From positions 11,470,001-11,534,000 of the forward strand of contig OX597823.1 in the NCBI GenBank assembly GCA_951406725.2: 64,000 nt of DNA, read 5' to 3'. Numbering within the stretch: the first letter of the stretch is position 1; each line of letters starts with the position of its first letter. This stretch comes from Octopus vulgaris. Taxonomy: Eukaryota. The notes under the pieces were generated by a model, which worked only from the letters and a program-made list of their open reading frames with translations, searched no databases and was not told the origin of the DNA. Positions 12,056-24,112 of the stretch are shown piece by piece. The position numbers were made by a program, and so were the translations under genes.

Positions 12056-12198
12056 CAACACACACGCACACACATATGTGTGTGTATGTATATATATGTG
12101 TGTGTGTATATGTATATATATCTATATCTGTCTATCTATCTATCTATATATATATATCTATATCTATCTATCTATATATACACACACACACACGAGTG

Positions 12199-12358
12199 AC
12201 TTCTTTCAATTTCAGTTTACCAAATCCACTCACTGGGTTTTGGTAAGCCTGAGGCTATATACTAGAAGACACTACCCCAAGGTGCCATACAGTAGGACTA
12301 AACCCAAAACCATATGGTTGCGAAGGAAGCTTATTACCACACAGTCACACCTGTGCCT
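12199..12358 (-). mobile_element. Diverged SINE family A head
   Basis: Reverse complement of the tRNA-like head and the CTTGGGxAGTGTCTT segment. Confidence 0.65.
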
Positions 12359-12385
12359 CTATATGTTTACATATATGCATGTAAA

Positions 12386-12438
<53 letters not shown>

Positions 12439-12589
12439 GTATGTATAATTTGGTTAAATGTTCAACACTCAGATACCAGTAAATGTAAGTAGAATACATA
12501 TGCCAAGTAAATCCTCATGCATGACAGGTAAATCCAAGAATTGTTTCAAAGTATTAATATATATATATATATATGTGTGTGTGTGTATG

Positions 12590-12639
<50 letters not shown>

Positions 12640-12763
12640 GATAGATATATGTAGATAGATATAGATATATATGAATATAAATATGTGTTTATATATATAT
12701 ATATGTAGATAGATATAGATATATATGAATATAAATATGTGTTTATATATATATATATATATA

Positions 12764-12914
12764 CACACTCTCGGAGTGGTTGGCATTAGGAAGGGCATCC
12801 AGCTGTAGAAACTCTGCCAGATCAGATTGGAGTCTTGGTTCGCCAGACCTCAGTCAAATCGTCTAACCCATGCTAGCATGGAAAGCAGACGTTAAATGAT
12901 GATCATGATGATGA
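12764..12914 (+). mobile_element. Family C copy
   Basis: GGAGTGGTTGGCATTAGGAAGGGCATCCAG...CATGCTAGCATGGAAAG...(GAT)n. Confidence 0.75.
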
Positions 12915-12981
12915 TATATATGGATATGAATATAAATATGTATAGGAATATATTCATATGTATATATATTTCATTATATAT

Positions 12982-13116
12982 GTAGGTCCCGGGTTGATTC
13001 GGGGTTAACCACAGTAAATAAGGTACTCAGTACATAGCAGAGTAAAATTAATTTATTATATAGAAGGAGCTTCTACAGGACTAGAACTGTTTCATTCAAG
13101 AGAAATCTTCAGGAAG
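12982..13116 (-). mobile_element. Penelope-like pseudo-LTR fragment carrying a hammerhead motif, 14-bp TSD
   Basis: Flanked by ATTTCATTATATAT (12968-12981; 13117-13130); the minus strand carries the HHR core and a downstream AATAAA. Confidence 0.6.
13070..13116 (-). ncRNA. Minimal type I hammerhead ribozyme motif
   Basis: Minus strand: CUUC-CUGAAGA-U UUC ucuu GAA U-GAAA-CAG uucuaguc CUG-UA-GAAG. All core nucleotides are present, with stems I/II/III of 4/3/3 bp. Confidence 0.6.
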
Positions 13117-13553
13117 ATTTCATTATATATTTCATTATATATTTCATTATATATATATATGTATATTGCATCTTCCCACAACACACACATATGCACAAAC
13201 AATATTACACACACCAACTGATAAGAGAGATACATACACACACTTGTTCATATACATACATATGCATAAACACACAATATTAATACATTAACACATAATA
13301 CACACACACACACACACAACAGTGTCATACACCAACCTGATGCACAAACACGCATGCACACACTACTCTCCCTAAGCAGACACGTACACATTAGCTGCTA
13401 CACACATGCATTTGCACACACACACACACACACTTTACACAACCTCACGCATTCCCACGCCTATACACATCTCCACACATGCATACACATAAATACACAA
13501 GCACAGACATACATCACTCAACACAGCATATCTGTTTGCTTATTCATATACAT

Positions 13554-13931
13554 ACCAGTGCCGGTGACAAGTATGCGAATCATCCGATAGTGGCCGTTGC
13601 CAGCGCCGCTCCGACAGGCCTCCGTGCCGGTGACACGAAAAAAGCACCATCTGTTCGTGGCCATTGCCAGCCTCGCCTGGCCCCGTGCCAGTGGCATGTA
13701 AAAAGCACCATCCGATCGTGGCCGTTGCCAGCCTCGCCTGGACCCCGTGCGGGTGGCACGTAAAAAGCACCCACTACACTCACGGAGTGGTTGGCGTTAG
13801 GAAGGGCATCCAGCCGTAGAAACACTGCCAGATCAGACTGGGCCTGATGAAGCCTTCTGGCTTCACAGACCCCAGTTGAACCATCCAACCCATGCTAGCA
13901 TGGAAAGTGGACGCTAAACGATGATGATGAT
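13554..13931 (+). mobile_element. Longer family C copy with ~60-bp tandem units
   Basis: About three units of CCGTGCCGGTGGCACGTAAAAAGCACCATCCGATCGTGGCCGTTGCCAGCCTCGCCTGG precede the common 3' body and (GAT)n tail. Confidence 0.8.
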
Positions 13932-14366
13932 ACACACACATACTCCCATATGCACACACACTCACACAGGCTCATATAGTCTTGTGCTTGCCCACATATA
14001 CATTCACATGCATACATGCACTTGCATGCACATGGTTTAGCCAGGTCATTTTTATGTCCCCTTCCATTCAGCCTCCTCCATCTGGTCATTTCAGTATATG
14101 AAACCATTAATCCAGCTACGTTTGTTTTACTCTCTCTCCATTCTCTCTCCTCATTCCTCTCTGTCAAAAAGTGTAGGCTTCAAATGTCAAAGGGTTTTTC
14201 CATTTTTCCTGAGCGTCAAACTAATACACTGACCTGCCCTTTGTTTCGTACTGAGCCATTGCTTTATCTGGTATTGTTGGGATGAGAATTTCCAATTCCT
14301 TTTTGAAAACATCCACATTTTGTAGATTTCTTAATGTTTTTGGCAGGGTATTGAAATTTGCATGCC

Positions 14367-14582
14367 TTTAGTTAGTTAGTTTGTTAGTTAGTTAATTTTT
14401 TGGCTCAAAAAGCAAAAAGCAAGGACATGTAGGGGGACAGGGAGTTATGTACAGGGTGGTGTTCATGTAAAGAGTGCAGGCCACTTGAGGTCAAGGGAGA
14501 CTTTGAACAAAGCGGTTGTCGGCATCTTCACCATCTCGTCTGGCAGCTTGTTCCACAGATCCGCAACCCGGACGGAGAAGCC
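14367..14582 (-). mobile_element. CR1-like LINE 3' end with (TAAC)n tail
   Basis: Minus strand FSVRVADLWNKLPDEMVKMPTTALFKVSLDLKWPALFT*, then a short 3'UTR and TAAC repeats. Confidence 0.8.
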
Positions 14583-15051
14583 TAAACTATTGGTGTACCT
14601 GGTCCTGACTTCAGATGGAGTGGATAGTACCTTAACTTACAGCTCCAAAAAATACTGTCACATGAGATGGAGTGGATAGTACCTTTAGGACAATTTAATG
14701 TCTAGTTTCAGCATTTGAATAACACTCAGTGTTAAAATTAGGTACTAGTCCTTTCAAAATTTTTCATATGTAGATTATTATATATCTGTCATGTCTTTGC
14801 TTCAGGGAATAAAGTTGTAGATTTTTTTTTGCATCTCCCTGTTGTTCATTTACTGCACTGTTACAATATTTTTAGTGTTGTGATGTTGGACCACTTCGAA
14901 TTCCACTGTTAGTTTCGTGCTATATGGTGACCACAGCTGAGTGCAATGGTCTTTCACAGGGTCAACATATTTGTCTGTCTGTCTGTATGCATGGGAAAGA
15001 GAGAGAGAGAGAGAGAATGATAATATAAATTTATATATATATATATATGAA

Positions 15052-15332
15052 GGCCCAGTGGTTAAGGCAGCGGACTCGCGGTTGGAGGATCACGGTTTCG
15101 ATTCCCAGACCGGGCGCTGTGTGTGTTTATTGAGCGAAAACACCTAAAAGCTCCACGAGGTTCCAGCAGGGGGTGGTGATCCCTGCTGTACTCTTTCACC
15201 ACTCTTTCTTCTGTTGGCCTGCTCGCTTAGCCAGCGGGGTGGCGTCGTTCGAAGGCTAAAACAATGCAAACGCATTGTGACCAGCGATGTGTAGCAACAT
15301 CTGATGGTCTGGTCGGTCAAGTGATCAAGTGA
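15052..15332 (+). mobile_element. SINE family B head with an alternative 3' tail
   Basis: Nearly identical to family B up to CTCTTTCACCAC (~15202), then an unrelated tail ending GGTCAAGTGATCAAGTGA. Confidence 0.8.
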
Positions 15333-16539
15333 TATATATATATATATGTGTGTGTGTATGTGTGTTTGTATATGTGTAAAAAAAGGTTATTTAATTTCAC
15401 ATGGGAATAAATATAGAAAAAAGAAGTTGAAAAGGCACTGGGAGTGTTTTAGATGGTCTATTTTTGAAGGCTTAACTGGTTTAATTTTCTGAATTTCAAA
15501 AGTGAAGTGAGATAGAAAGATGTGGGGCTATGCGTTGGCTCTCTTGCTCTGACAGGAGTGCTAAAACTCTTGATTTTATAGAGTGAACATTGTCTAAATT
15601 AGTATCTGTTTAGGATACAATTTTATTGGCAGAGGATGATCACATGATGAGGCTTAGAAATTTTTGTATATTCTTGTCCATGTGTTAATCTCATGTGACA
15701 GTATTTTTTTGGAGCTGTAAGTTAAGGCTGACACAATTGGGCGAACGTGTTTAGAGATAGTTCCAAACAATCAAGGCTCTCTAAATTTAATATCAAGTGT
15801 GGTAGAGGATGATTGTGTGATTAGGCTTGGAAAGTTCCCTGCTATGTCTGCGAGTTAATGTCATGTGACAATCTTTTTTTGCTTGAACTCTAAGAATGAC
15901 ACTGTTGAGTGATTGTGTCTAGTGACAGTTCCAAACAAGGCCCTCTAAATTTGATCTGTGAAGTGTTAGAGTGGACAGGAGTTGTTTGTATATAGTCCTG
16001 TATATATGCACTCACTTATATACATCCCTCAACCTTCACCAAGTTGAGCACCATTGGTCATCCATCTATCTCTACATGACACCTTTCATTCTCCCTGAAT
16101 TTTCAAGTTGTTGCCAACCGTACTGTCTTCTCTTGCTCCCCCATACACTTGTAAACCTACACCTACATGACTTCTTCCTCTGTCCCACACTTCTAATCAC
16201 CTCACACCTTTAGGAACAACCTGGATCATTCACACTCTCACTCATAAAGGTGAGTAACCATGTAGCTCCTTTCCAAGAACCTCACCTGTTCCACCTCTTT
16301 TTCTTTCACACTTATACCCTTCATCTCATATAAAACTGCACCCACCCTCTGGTATTGTAATGCAGTGCACCATACAGGGAAACTTAACCAGACCTGATGG
16401 GACAAAATAGTATCCAATACACACTGAGGTGGCTGCCAAAGGGCATCCAGGTATTGAGAACGTGTGACATGAAGACACTGGAGTATGATAGTCATTGGAC
16501 CCGTTGGGCCCACACACACACATATATATATATGTGTGT

Positions 16540-16815
16540 GTGTTTATGTATGTATGTATGTATGAATGTGTTTATATATATGTATGTATGAATGTGTTTA
16601 TATATATGTATGTATGAATGTGTTTATATATATGTATGTATGAATGTGTTTATATATATGTATGTATGAATTTGTTTATATATATATGTATGTATGAATG
16701 TGTTTATATATATGTATGTATGAATGTGTTTATATATATGTATGTATGAATGTGTTTATATATATGTATGTATGAATGTGTTTATATATATGTATGTATG
16801 TGTTTATATGTGTAT
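16540..16815. repeat. 26-bp minisatellite (TATGTATGTATGAATGTGTTTATATA)n, about 9-10 copies
   Basis: GAAT recurs at 16564, 16590, 16616, 16642 and onward. Confidence 0.9.
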
Positions 16816-16878
16816 GCATATATATATATATATTCGTATATGTATATATGTAGGTGTATGTATGTGCATATACTTACA

Positions 16879-16914
<36 letters not shown>

Positions 16915-17189
16915 TAATATCTATATTTGACTTATTTTTATGCTCATACAACCCAGATTTTAGTATATGCATTGTCTAAGCAATACTTATACAACCCAGA
17001 TTGACTGCCTTCTCACTAGAAAGCTAAAAAGACAGGTGTTTGGAAACGTAAAGTATTTCTCTAGTGAAGGATTTACTATTCAATATGTTAGTGGTTAACG
17101 ACCTTATGTGTAGAGCTAGGGTGACTTAGAGAGAAATGCCTATTCAGCTTTTGGAAGCTTAAGAGAACCCCTAATTGAAATATCTGACA

Positions 17190-17660
17190 TAAAGGAGGCC
17201 GAGAGAGTGATGTTGAAAATAGAAGATACCTAAAAGTTTTTACTAGACAGCCTACTGAGGACACCGTTCTAAGTCTGTAGCTGATGCATTGTTCTATTCA
17301 GAAAAGGGTTGGTGGAACATTGAAGAAGACAGATCCATAAAAGCAAAGAGACAAGCTTGGAATGTAGGGTGGTTAGAAGAGAATGTAGGTGACAGGTATA
17401 TTTAGCAAGAAGAGGGACCAAAAGGAAGAGGTTTGAATACGTTTTTCAGTGGAGGGGGTGGATTTGAGGCATGGGTTCAGGATGGTGTATAAAATAAAAT
17501 TGAAACTTTTTGAGGGAGAAATATGTACAGATAGATAATGGTTCATTTGAGCTTAATGATTCTGAAAGGGAGACATGGAAATGATTCTTTGAAAGGGTAC
17601 TAAACATGGAGAATGCAAGGGAAAAAGAGAGCCTTCCAAATGTGAACCCATAAAGTGACC
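17190..17660 (+). mobile_element. Decayed RTE LINE fragment (endonuclease-RT linker)
   Basis: Reads WWNIEEDRSIKAKRQAW and ETWK*FFERVLNMENAREKESLPNV. Confidence 0.55.
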
Positions 17661-17848
17661 AGCTAGTACTAGCAGAAAGACTGCCCTCTGGGCGGTTTCC
17701 TGCTAGTTACTTGATAATATTTTCACATCAATATTTTCGGTTGCATATTTTTTTGGAAGCCCCATGTTGAATTGCAAAATTCTAATGTGATATTTGTGTA
17801 ATAACAAAATCAAACCTGGAGTGTGTGTGTGTTTATATTACAGAGACA

Positions 17849-17879
<31 letters not shown>

Positions 17880-18005
17880 TGGTGAGAGAAAATTGCAAAC
17901 AAAGAATGAAATGAAAAAAATCGTATGAATAAAAGCATGTTAAAAACTATCATGTACTGAATATTTAAATCTGTGAACTTTAAATATTCAATAGTAAAGA
18001 AATAG

Positions 18006-18189
18006 GGATTTCGTCTGCCGCTACGTTCTTAGTTCAAATTCCTCCGAGGTCGACTTTGCCTTTCATCCTTTCGGGGTCGATTAAATAAGTACCAGTTACG
18101 CACTAGGGTCGATATAATCGACTTAATCCGTTTGTGTCTCCTTGTTTGTCCTCTCTGTGTTTAGCCCCTTGTGGGTAGTAAAGAAATAG
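18006..18189 (+). mobile_element. tRNA-derived SINE family D, 5'-truncated
   Basis: B-box-like AGTTCAAATTCC then GTCGACTTTGCCTTTCATCCTTTCGGGGTCGATTAAATAAGTACCAG; homologous to the reverse complement of 37345-37569. Confidence 0.8.
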
Positions 18190-18261
18190 ATATATTTTAT
18201 ATTAATTTGGCTCTTTTTGTCTATAAAGGGACTTATGTTTCCTATACCCACAGATAATTGT

Positions 18262-18490
18262 TTAACCCTTTAGCATTTAAACCGGCCATATCCAGCCAAA
18301 AGTATTCTGCCTGTTCTATGTTCAAACTGGCCATATCTGGTCTCTCACACCAACTCTACAATATCGTTTTAAAAATCAACAGCTACCTCATCAAATTTTC
18401 ATAGTTACAAGATAATGCATGATTAGTTCAAAACAAAGTGAATGAAAAAGCATTAACTTTGGCAGAATAATGCGAACACCAAAGGGTTAA
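18262..18490. mobile_element. TTAA MITE family E2 (piggyBac-like)
   Basis: TTAACCCTTT...AAAGGGTTAA, 229 bp, with an interior different from E1; a decayed copy lies at 35065-35286. Confidence 0.8.
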
Positions 18491-20189
18491 AGCAAGTATA
18501 TCTTTTCTTTAAAAAATTTAAGATTATTTGCTTAACAACTTTATCATTGTAAACATTTTGTGATCTGCAGATGAAGCTTGTGAGGACTTGTTTATAGCCT
18601 GTCAGTAGTTCTTATACTTTCAGTAGAAATTGTATTTGTATAAATTGCTGTAGAAGGGTCACATGACTACTCACATTTTAGAAGAGAGGGTTGAGAGTTT
18701 GGTGGGGGTAAGGTGGGAAAGATAAAAATAACTTTTGTGAGGCATCTCTGTGGACCCTCAAAATATGAAGTGAGTAGAAGTGGATGGTGGAAGAATAATG
18801 AGGACTGTAGGTGGTTGGAGTGCACAGACAAATGAGAGGTGGGGAATAGCTGAAGCAGTGAATGTAATAAATAAAGAACAAGTGTTACATGAATTAGTAG
18901 GGGAGGTAGAGAAGGGTTGCAGTCAGGGGGGTAGGGCTGAGGAGTGGATGTAGTGAATGGGAGGGGTAAAGGATTTGGTGATCAATGATAATGATACAAT
19001 GGGCAAGGAAAGGTGAGAAAGGGAGAGCGGTGGTGAATAGTTGGATAGATTGCAAGAGCGGGAACAGTGAGAGATGCATGGTGGAAGAGAAGGTGACAGG
19101 ATTTGGGTGCTCAGCAAGGGGCTGCAACGGTGAATTAAGTATGGGGGGGATGGTAGTGATAAAAATTTGTGGTATCAAAGAAAAACAGCAGTTAGAGAGT
19201 TAGAAAGTTGTGGAGGTTGGGGGTGTTTAAGAAATTGGGCAAAGGGGCCAGTTGTTTGTGTGTGTCGTCATTATCATAATCTAACATGTTTTCCATGCTG
19301 GCATGGGTTGGGCAGTTTGACCAAGGCTTGTAAGGCCAAGAGCTGCAACAAATTCCATTGTCTGTTTTGGCATGGTTTCTTAGTGCCACTGGGTGCATTT
19401 TATGTCGCACCATAACCAGTGCTTTTTATATGACACCGTCATAGTACCTTGCAAGACAAAAAACTCCTCAACTAAGTGTTGGGGAATAATATTGAGGGGT
19501 TGTGGCTTTGTGTCAGTTGAGAGATTTAAGGTATAAAAGGATAGATTTAGGTGTCTTGTTGTAGAGTAGATACATAGACACCCAAGTGGAAAAATAGAAT
19601 GAGTTAGAGAGTAAGATAAAATAAAGAGAGCAATAGTGAGAGAGATGATAGCAAATATGTGTCAGGACATGCTCTCAAGGGACATTAGGGGTGGTAAGAG
19701 TAGGTGAGATGATATAGAGGCTAGGACTGGCTGAGTGAGCAAGATGAGGTGAGTGTAGCAGATGATGGAGAGAAATATAAAAGAAGCTTGGTGGCTGGGG
19801 TTTGTAGTACATATATGAGGGCATTGAGAGTGATTGCAGGTAAGCGAGGTGTTGACGATGAAGAGCTGCACTGGTAGGAGTGTGAAGGCAGAGAAAGGAG
19901 GTGGTTGGTGGAGACAGTTAATAGGGTAGAAAGGTAACAGAGAAAGCCAAGGGATGTAGTATGTGCTTATTCTGCTTTCAAGTAACAGAGGAAGTGATGA
20001 GTGTTAAGGGATGAAATATGGGTGGGGGAAGAGGGTTGATGTAGCAGAAAGGATGGAAGTAAGCATTACCCGGATGGTTTTAGGATATCAGTTTTGCTGT
20101 GGTGGATGGGTCGTTTTGAGTATAGCAAGGTGCCCAGATATCTTGGTTTTTGTCATCTCTTTTGTGAGGCACAGCATCTTGCGATCAGA

Positions 20190-21640
20190 CTTCGGTACTT
20201 CATCCCATGTCTTCCTGAGTCTCCCTCTTCCGCAAATTCCAACCACTTTAAGAGATGGGCACTTCTTTATGGATCCATATGCATTACATGCATTACTAAA
20301 CTTGCACAGTCATTTCTCTTGCACACTGTGTCTAATTCCTCTTATGCCTAACTTCTCTCTCAATGCACTAGTGCTCTGTTGTAGATATACACTTACATTG
20401 CACATCAAGCAGAGCATACCAGCTTCATTCCTCTCTAAACTTTGCATGTCCTCTGTATTCTGGGCCCGGGTCTCACTACCATATAGCATTGCTGTTTGTA
20501 AACATCATCATCATCATCATCATCGTTTAACGTTCGTTTTCCGCGCTAGCACGGGTTGGAATAAACATAGATCATACTATCTTCCTTTCACTTGGAGAAA
20601 CCTTTGGTTGCCAACAGAGATAAACACTCTGAACTTCCTCCATTCTCGTCTTATTCTAGCAATTACAGTTTCAGTACAGCCTCTTCCACTATTAATTAGG
20701 TGTGTGTGTGTGTATACATACACATGCATGCACTCACACACCATTCCAGAACTTACTCTTGCTTAGTTGGACAGGTTTTCTCAAGAACCATATATTGCTA
20801 GTCATCCCACATCCTTGTCATCTCCTCCATGATGTTCAAGATCTTGACATCAGCCTTTACCACTTCACCCAGTTTCCTCCTGGAGCTTTCTTTTCCTGCG
20901 AACTCCATCCACATTAAGTGACTGGGACTTCTTTATTCTGCTGTGCTCATAATATGATTTTCTCCAGTACATCTGTCACATATGAAGCTTATTTTTTCTG
21001 CCAGTCTACCTACAATTCCACTAAACCTTTTGTGTGTTCATAGCTTAAATTGTGTACAGAATACGGTGCTTATATCTAGTCCTTTCTGAATATCAACAAA
21101 GGTAATTTCCCTGAGGATACCAAGGTCTTGTTTTCTTTCCTACTTACTAAAATTAAAGTCTTTACTAAGTTAGCATTGAGGCCTCTTGATTCAAGGTTTA
21201 TCATCTATGCTAAATTATACTCTAATTTCTCTATAGATTCAGCTATGAGAACTAGATCATCAGCAAATAGGAGTGGCCATGGACATCCAGTCTTAAGTTC
21301 TTCCACAATGGCCCGTAGGACTATGTTGTGTAGAAGACTGAGGACTGAACCTTCATGCTAAACCTTTGACTCTTACTTTACTTAGGGCATTTTAAAACAT
21401 ATTTGTACAGATCTCACAAGCCATTCATCTACACTTTGTTTCTTCTGTGGCCTGGAATTACTGAATAAGGTACACTGTTAAATGCCTCTATATCAATGAA
21501 AGCCAGGAATAGTGGTTTACTATTATCAAAATATTTCTCCTGCAATTGCCTCACTATGGAGATTGCATGTGTGGTGTCTCTTCTGGGCATGAAGCTAAAC
21601 TCCTAGTCATGAATCAATTTTACTATGAACTGATCCCTTC
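20190..21640 (-). mobile_element. Fragmented RTE-clade LINE
   Basis: Minus strand FMPRRDTTHAISIVRQLQEKY...FLAFID, HEGSVLS, CPWPLLFADDLVLIAES (FADD ~21256-21267) and MLYGSET...LREKLGIRGIR. A short family C insertion at 20503-20560 is flanked by TAAACAT. Confidence 0.8.
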
Positions 21641-21983
21641 TTTCATACTTAACATCTCATCTCTTAACATAAATCTGCCTCTCTTGCAGTATATAGTCTC
21701 TCAAGTTTCATGGCAACCTCACTAGTGCTGACAGCATGGAGAACAAGCACCCAGTACACACTGCAAAGTTTTTGGCATTAGGAAGAGCATCCAGCCATAG
21801 ATATCATGTAAAATAGACAGTAGGGCAGAATGCAATCCTTGTACCCATAGGATTTTGTCAAGCCATCCCTGTATGTCAGCATGGTGCAGGAGCATTAAAT
21901 GATGATCATGAGAACTTTCTTACATACTTAGGTTCTAGTCATTGAGAATTTTCTCCATATATATAAGGAAAGAATATATGAAA

Positions 21984-22388
21984 TACTCTTACTCTTTACT
22001 CTTTTACTTGTTTCAGTCATTTGACTGCGGCCATGCTGGAGCACCGCCTTTAGTCGAGCAAATCGACCCCGGGACTTATTCTTTGTAAGCCCAGTACTTA
22101 TTCTATCGGTCTCTTTTGCCAAACCGCTAAGTGATGGGGACGTAAACACACCAGCATCAGTTGTCAAGCAATGCTAGGGAGACAAACCCAGACACACAAA
22201 CACACACATATATATACATATATACGACAGGCTTCTTTCAGTTTCCGTCTACCAAATCCACTCGCAAGGCATTGGTCAGCCTAGGGCTATAGCAGAAGAC
22301 ACTTGCCCAAGATGCCACGCAGTGGGACTGAACCCGGAACCATGTGGTTGGTTAGCAAGCTACTTACCACACAGCCACTCCTGCGCCT
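21984..22388 (-). mobile_element. tRNA-derived SINE family A, full length
   Basis: Head AGGCGCAGGAGTGGCTGTGTGG (A box), GGTTCAGTCC (B box), CORE-like CTTGGGCAAGTGTCTT, central TA/TG microsatellite, (TAAAGAG)-type tail. Confidence 0.9.
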
Positions 22389-22897
22389 ATACATTCGTAT
22401 AAAATATATATCTTATTTCATAAACAAAAATTATATATTTTATAGGAATACATTCTCTTGGATATTTGTTTCATCTCATCTATAAAAAGAACTTGCACTT
22501 TTTGCTTTATATTCACAGAGTACCAGTTGTAGATTAATTGAAATGATACTCTGGAACCAATTCTTGATTTTACTTCACTCAGTATCTAAAAAAGTCATTT
22601 TGTTTTTGACTACTTTACATTTTCAAGAATATAGAGAAATGATATTTTATAAAGCTTGTATTGAATTAATTAGTATCGCTCTTTCTCTCTCTCTTTTTAA
22701 TTATAAATATTTCACATCTGAGTTTTCTGTGGTGCTTCAAAGTGCCTTGTTTCTGTCATCTACATGGGTTATTTCCAAGAACCCAAATACTTTCTGATCT
22801 GAAGTTTGAGCAACATTTCTGTATTTGCCATACCGTCAATTGACATTTCTAAAATGTAATGAAGTTTCAAGATAATTATGAATTAGATTTGATACTC

Positions 22898-23089
22898 TTA
22901 TCCCTTTTATTACCCCATTTCTGTTGAAATACACCACCTAAGTTTCAATTATTTTTGAATATAATGAATGAAATAAACTTAGTAACCGCAAAATAACTTT
23001 GTAATTATTAAGCTGGTGTTTGAAACATAAATTAGCATAAAATTTGGGAAGGAAGCTGTCACAGGTGGCTTGATATCAAAAAAGGTTAA
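22898..23089. mobile_element. Decayed E1-like MITE in opposite orientation
   Basis: Interior resembles the reverse complement of E1 (ATTAAGCTGGTGTTTGAAACATAAATT); ends AAAGGTTAA. Confidence 0.5.
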
Positions 23090-24112
23090 AAAGCCTACAC
23101 AAGGAAACTAGAGAAATATTGTATAGGATAGTAAAAAGAGATAATGAGAGTTGAGGGATGGGATTGCATTGATTTTATTTCCCAGAAACCTGCTGAGAAA
23201 AAAAAAAACACCTACTCATATACAGCTGAATGTCAAATTGTTAATGAGATAAAAACTTTTTGTGGACAATAGAAAAGTTGTTAGAGATGAGATTTCTTTA
23301 TTAAATGACAATGTATGAAGGTGATTAGTGTAGGGTTAGGTTTTGTGAATAGGAGGAAAATTTTTCAAATGTCCTAATGATTTTCATATGATATTCAGCA
23401 AAGGAGGTTGAAAATCATATGACATTCAAAATAATTAAATTCAGAAATTTTCACATTTAAAAAAAGTCTTTACAGTCATTTGAATACAAGAAGACACTGT
23501 TCAGTATATCCAAAGATTAACAATATAGAAAATATTAATTTACATATAATATAGATACTTCTTAGGAAGTACAAGTGTTATGGAAACTTAACTAAATGTT
23601 TGAAAGAGTCTAGACTTCGCTAAAGGCACCAAAAGGTGCCTTTAGCAAATCAAGTCTCAGATAAATTCTTCCACCCTTGATGGCTCTTTCAGTTACCATG
23701 CCTTCCTTCTCTAGATTGTCTTGTGTCCTTCCTTCTTTTTTTTAAATGGACTGATGTGTTTTGAGGGTTAGCCTGACTTATTTTTAGCAGGTTTAGTGAC
23801 ATATAGTGACTTCCTCATTGTTTCTTCTGAGGAAACAATTTTTTTGCTAGATTGTCATAACTTGGAAGCTGCTCTCATCTTTTTTCTCTAAAATCCAGGT
23901 TTTATGATTCACAGCAATATTCTTAGTGGAAGGGATCAAAACACATGTATTTTGTGTATTTATAAATTAAAAACTGCATCAGTTTCTATGCTATCACCAT
24001 GATCATTAGAAGGAGAATTAGAGATTGAAAATTCATACCTGGTGTGGTTTCACAGCACAAAAAAATACCTCAAGAATATGAATATTGTCAAATTTGTCAC
24101 GTCTGAAAATAT

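Noticed and set aside
13554-13775. ~60-bp GC-rich repeats as a CRISPR array
   Set aside because: The units are head-to-tail without unique spacers and belong to a retroelement.
14613-14685. 21-bp direct repeat AGATGGAGTGGATAGTACCTT separated by 31 nt (CRISPR-like spacing)
   Set aside because: Only two copies, eukaryotic context and no cas genes; a local duplication.
17958-17990. 12-bp inverted repeat TGAATATTTAAA/TTTAAATATTCA
   Set aside because: Almost all A/T, so plausible by chance at this base composition.
20011-20766. Longest ORF in the track (251 aa, + strand)
   Set aside because: It is antisense to a decayed RTE LINE and crosses a (CAT)n insertion; it has no protein-like features.
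21928-22167. Recurrent ORF MTTDAGVFTSP... (also 40372, 47675, 53854)
   Set aside because: It recurs only because it lies inside SINE family A copies.
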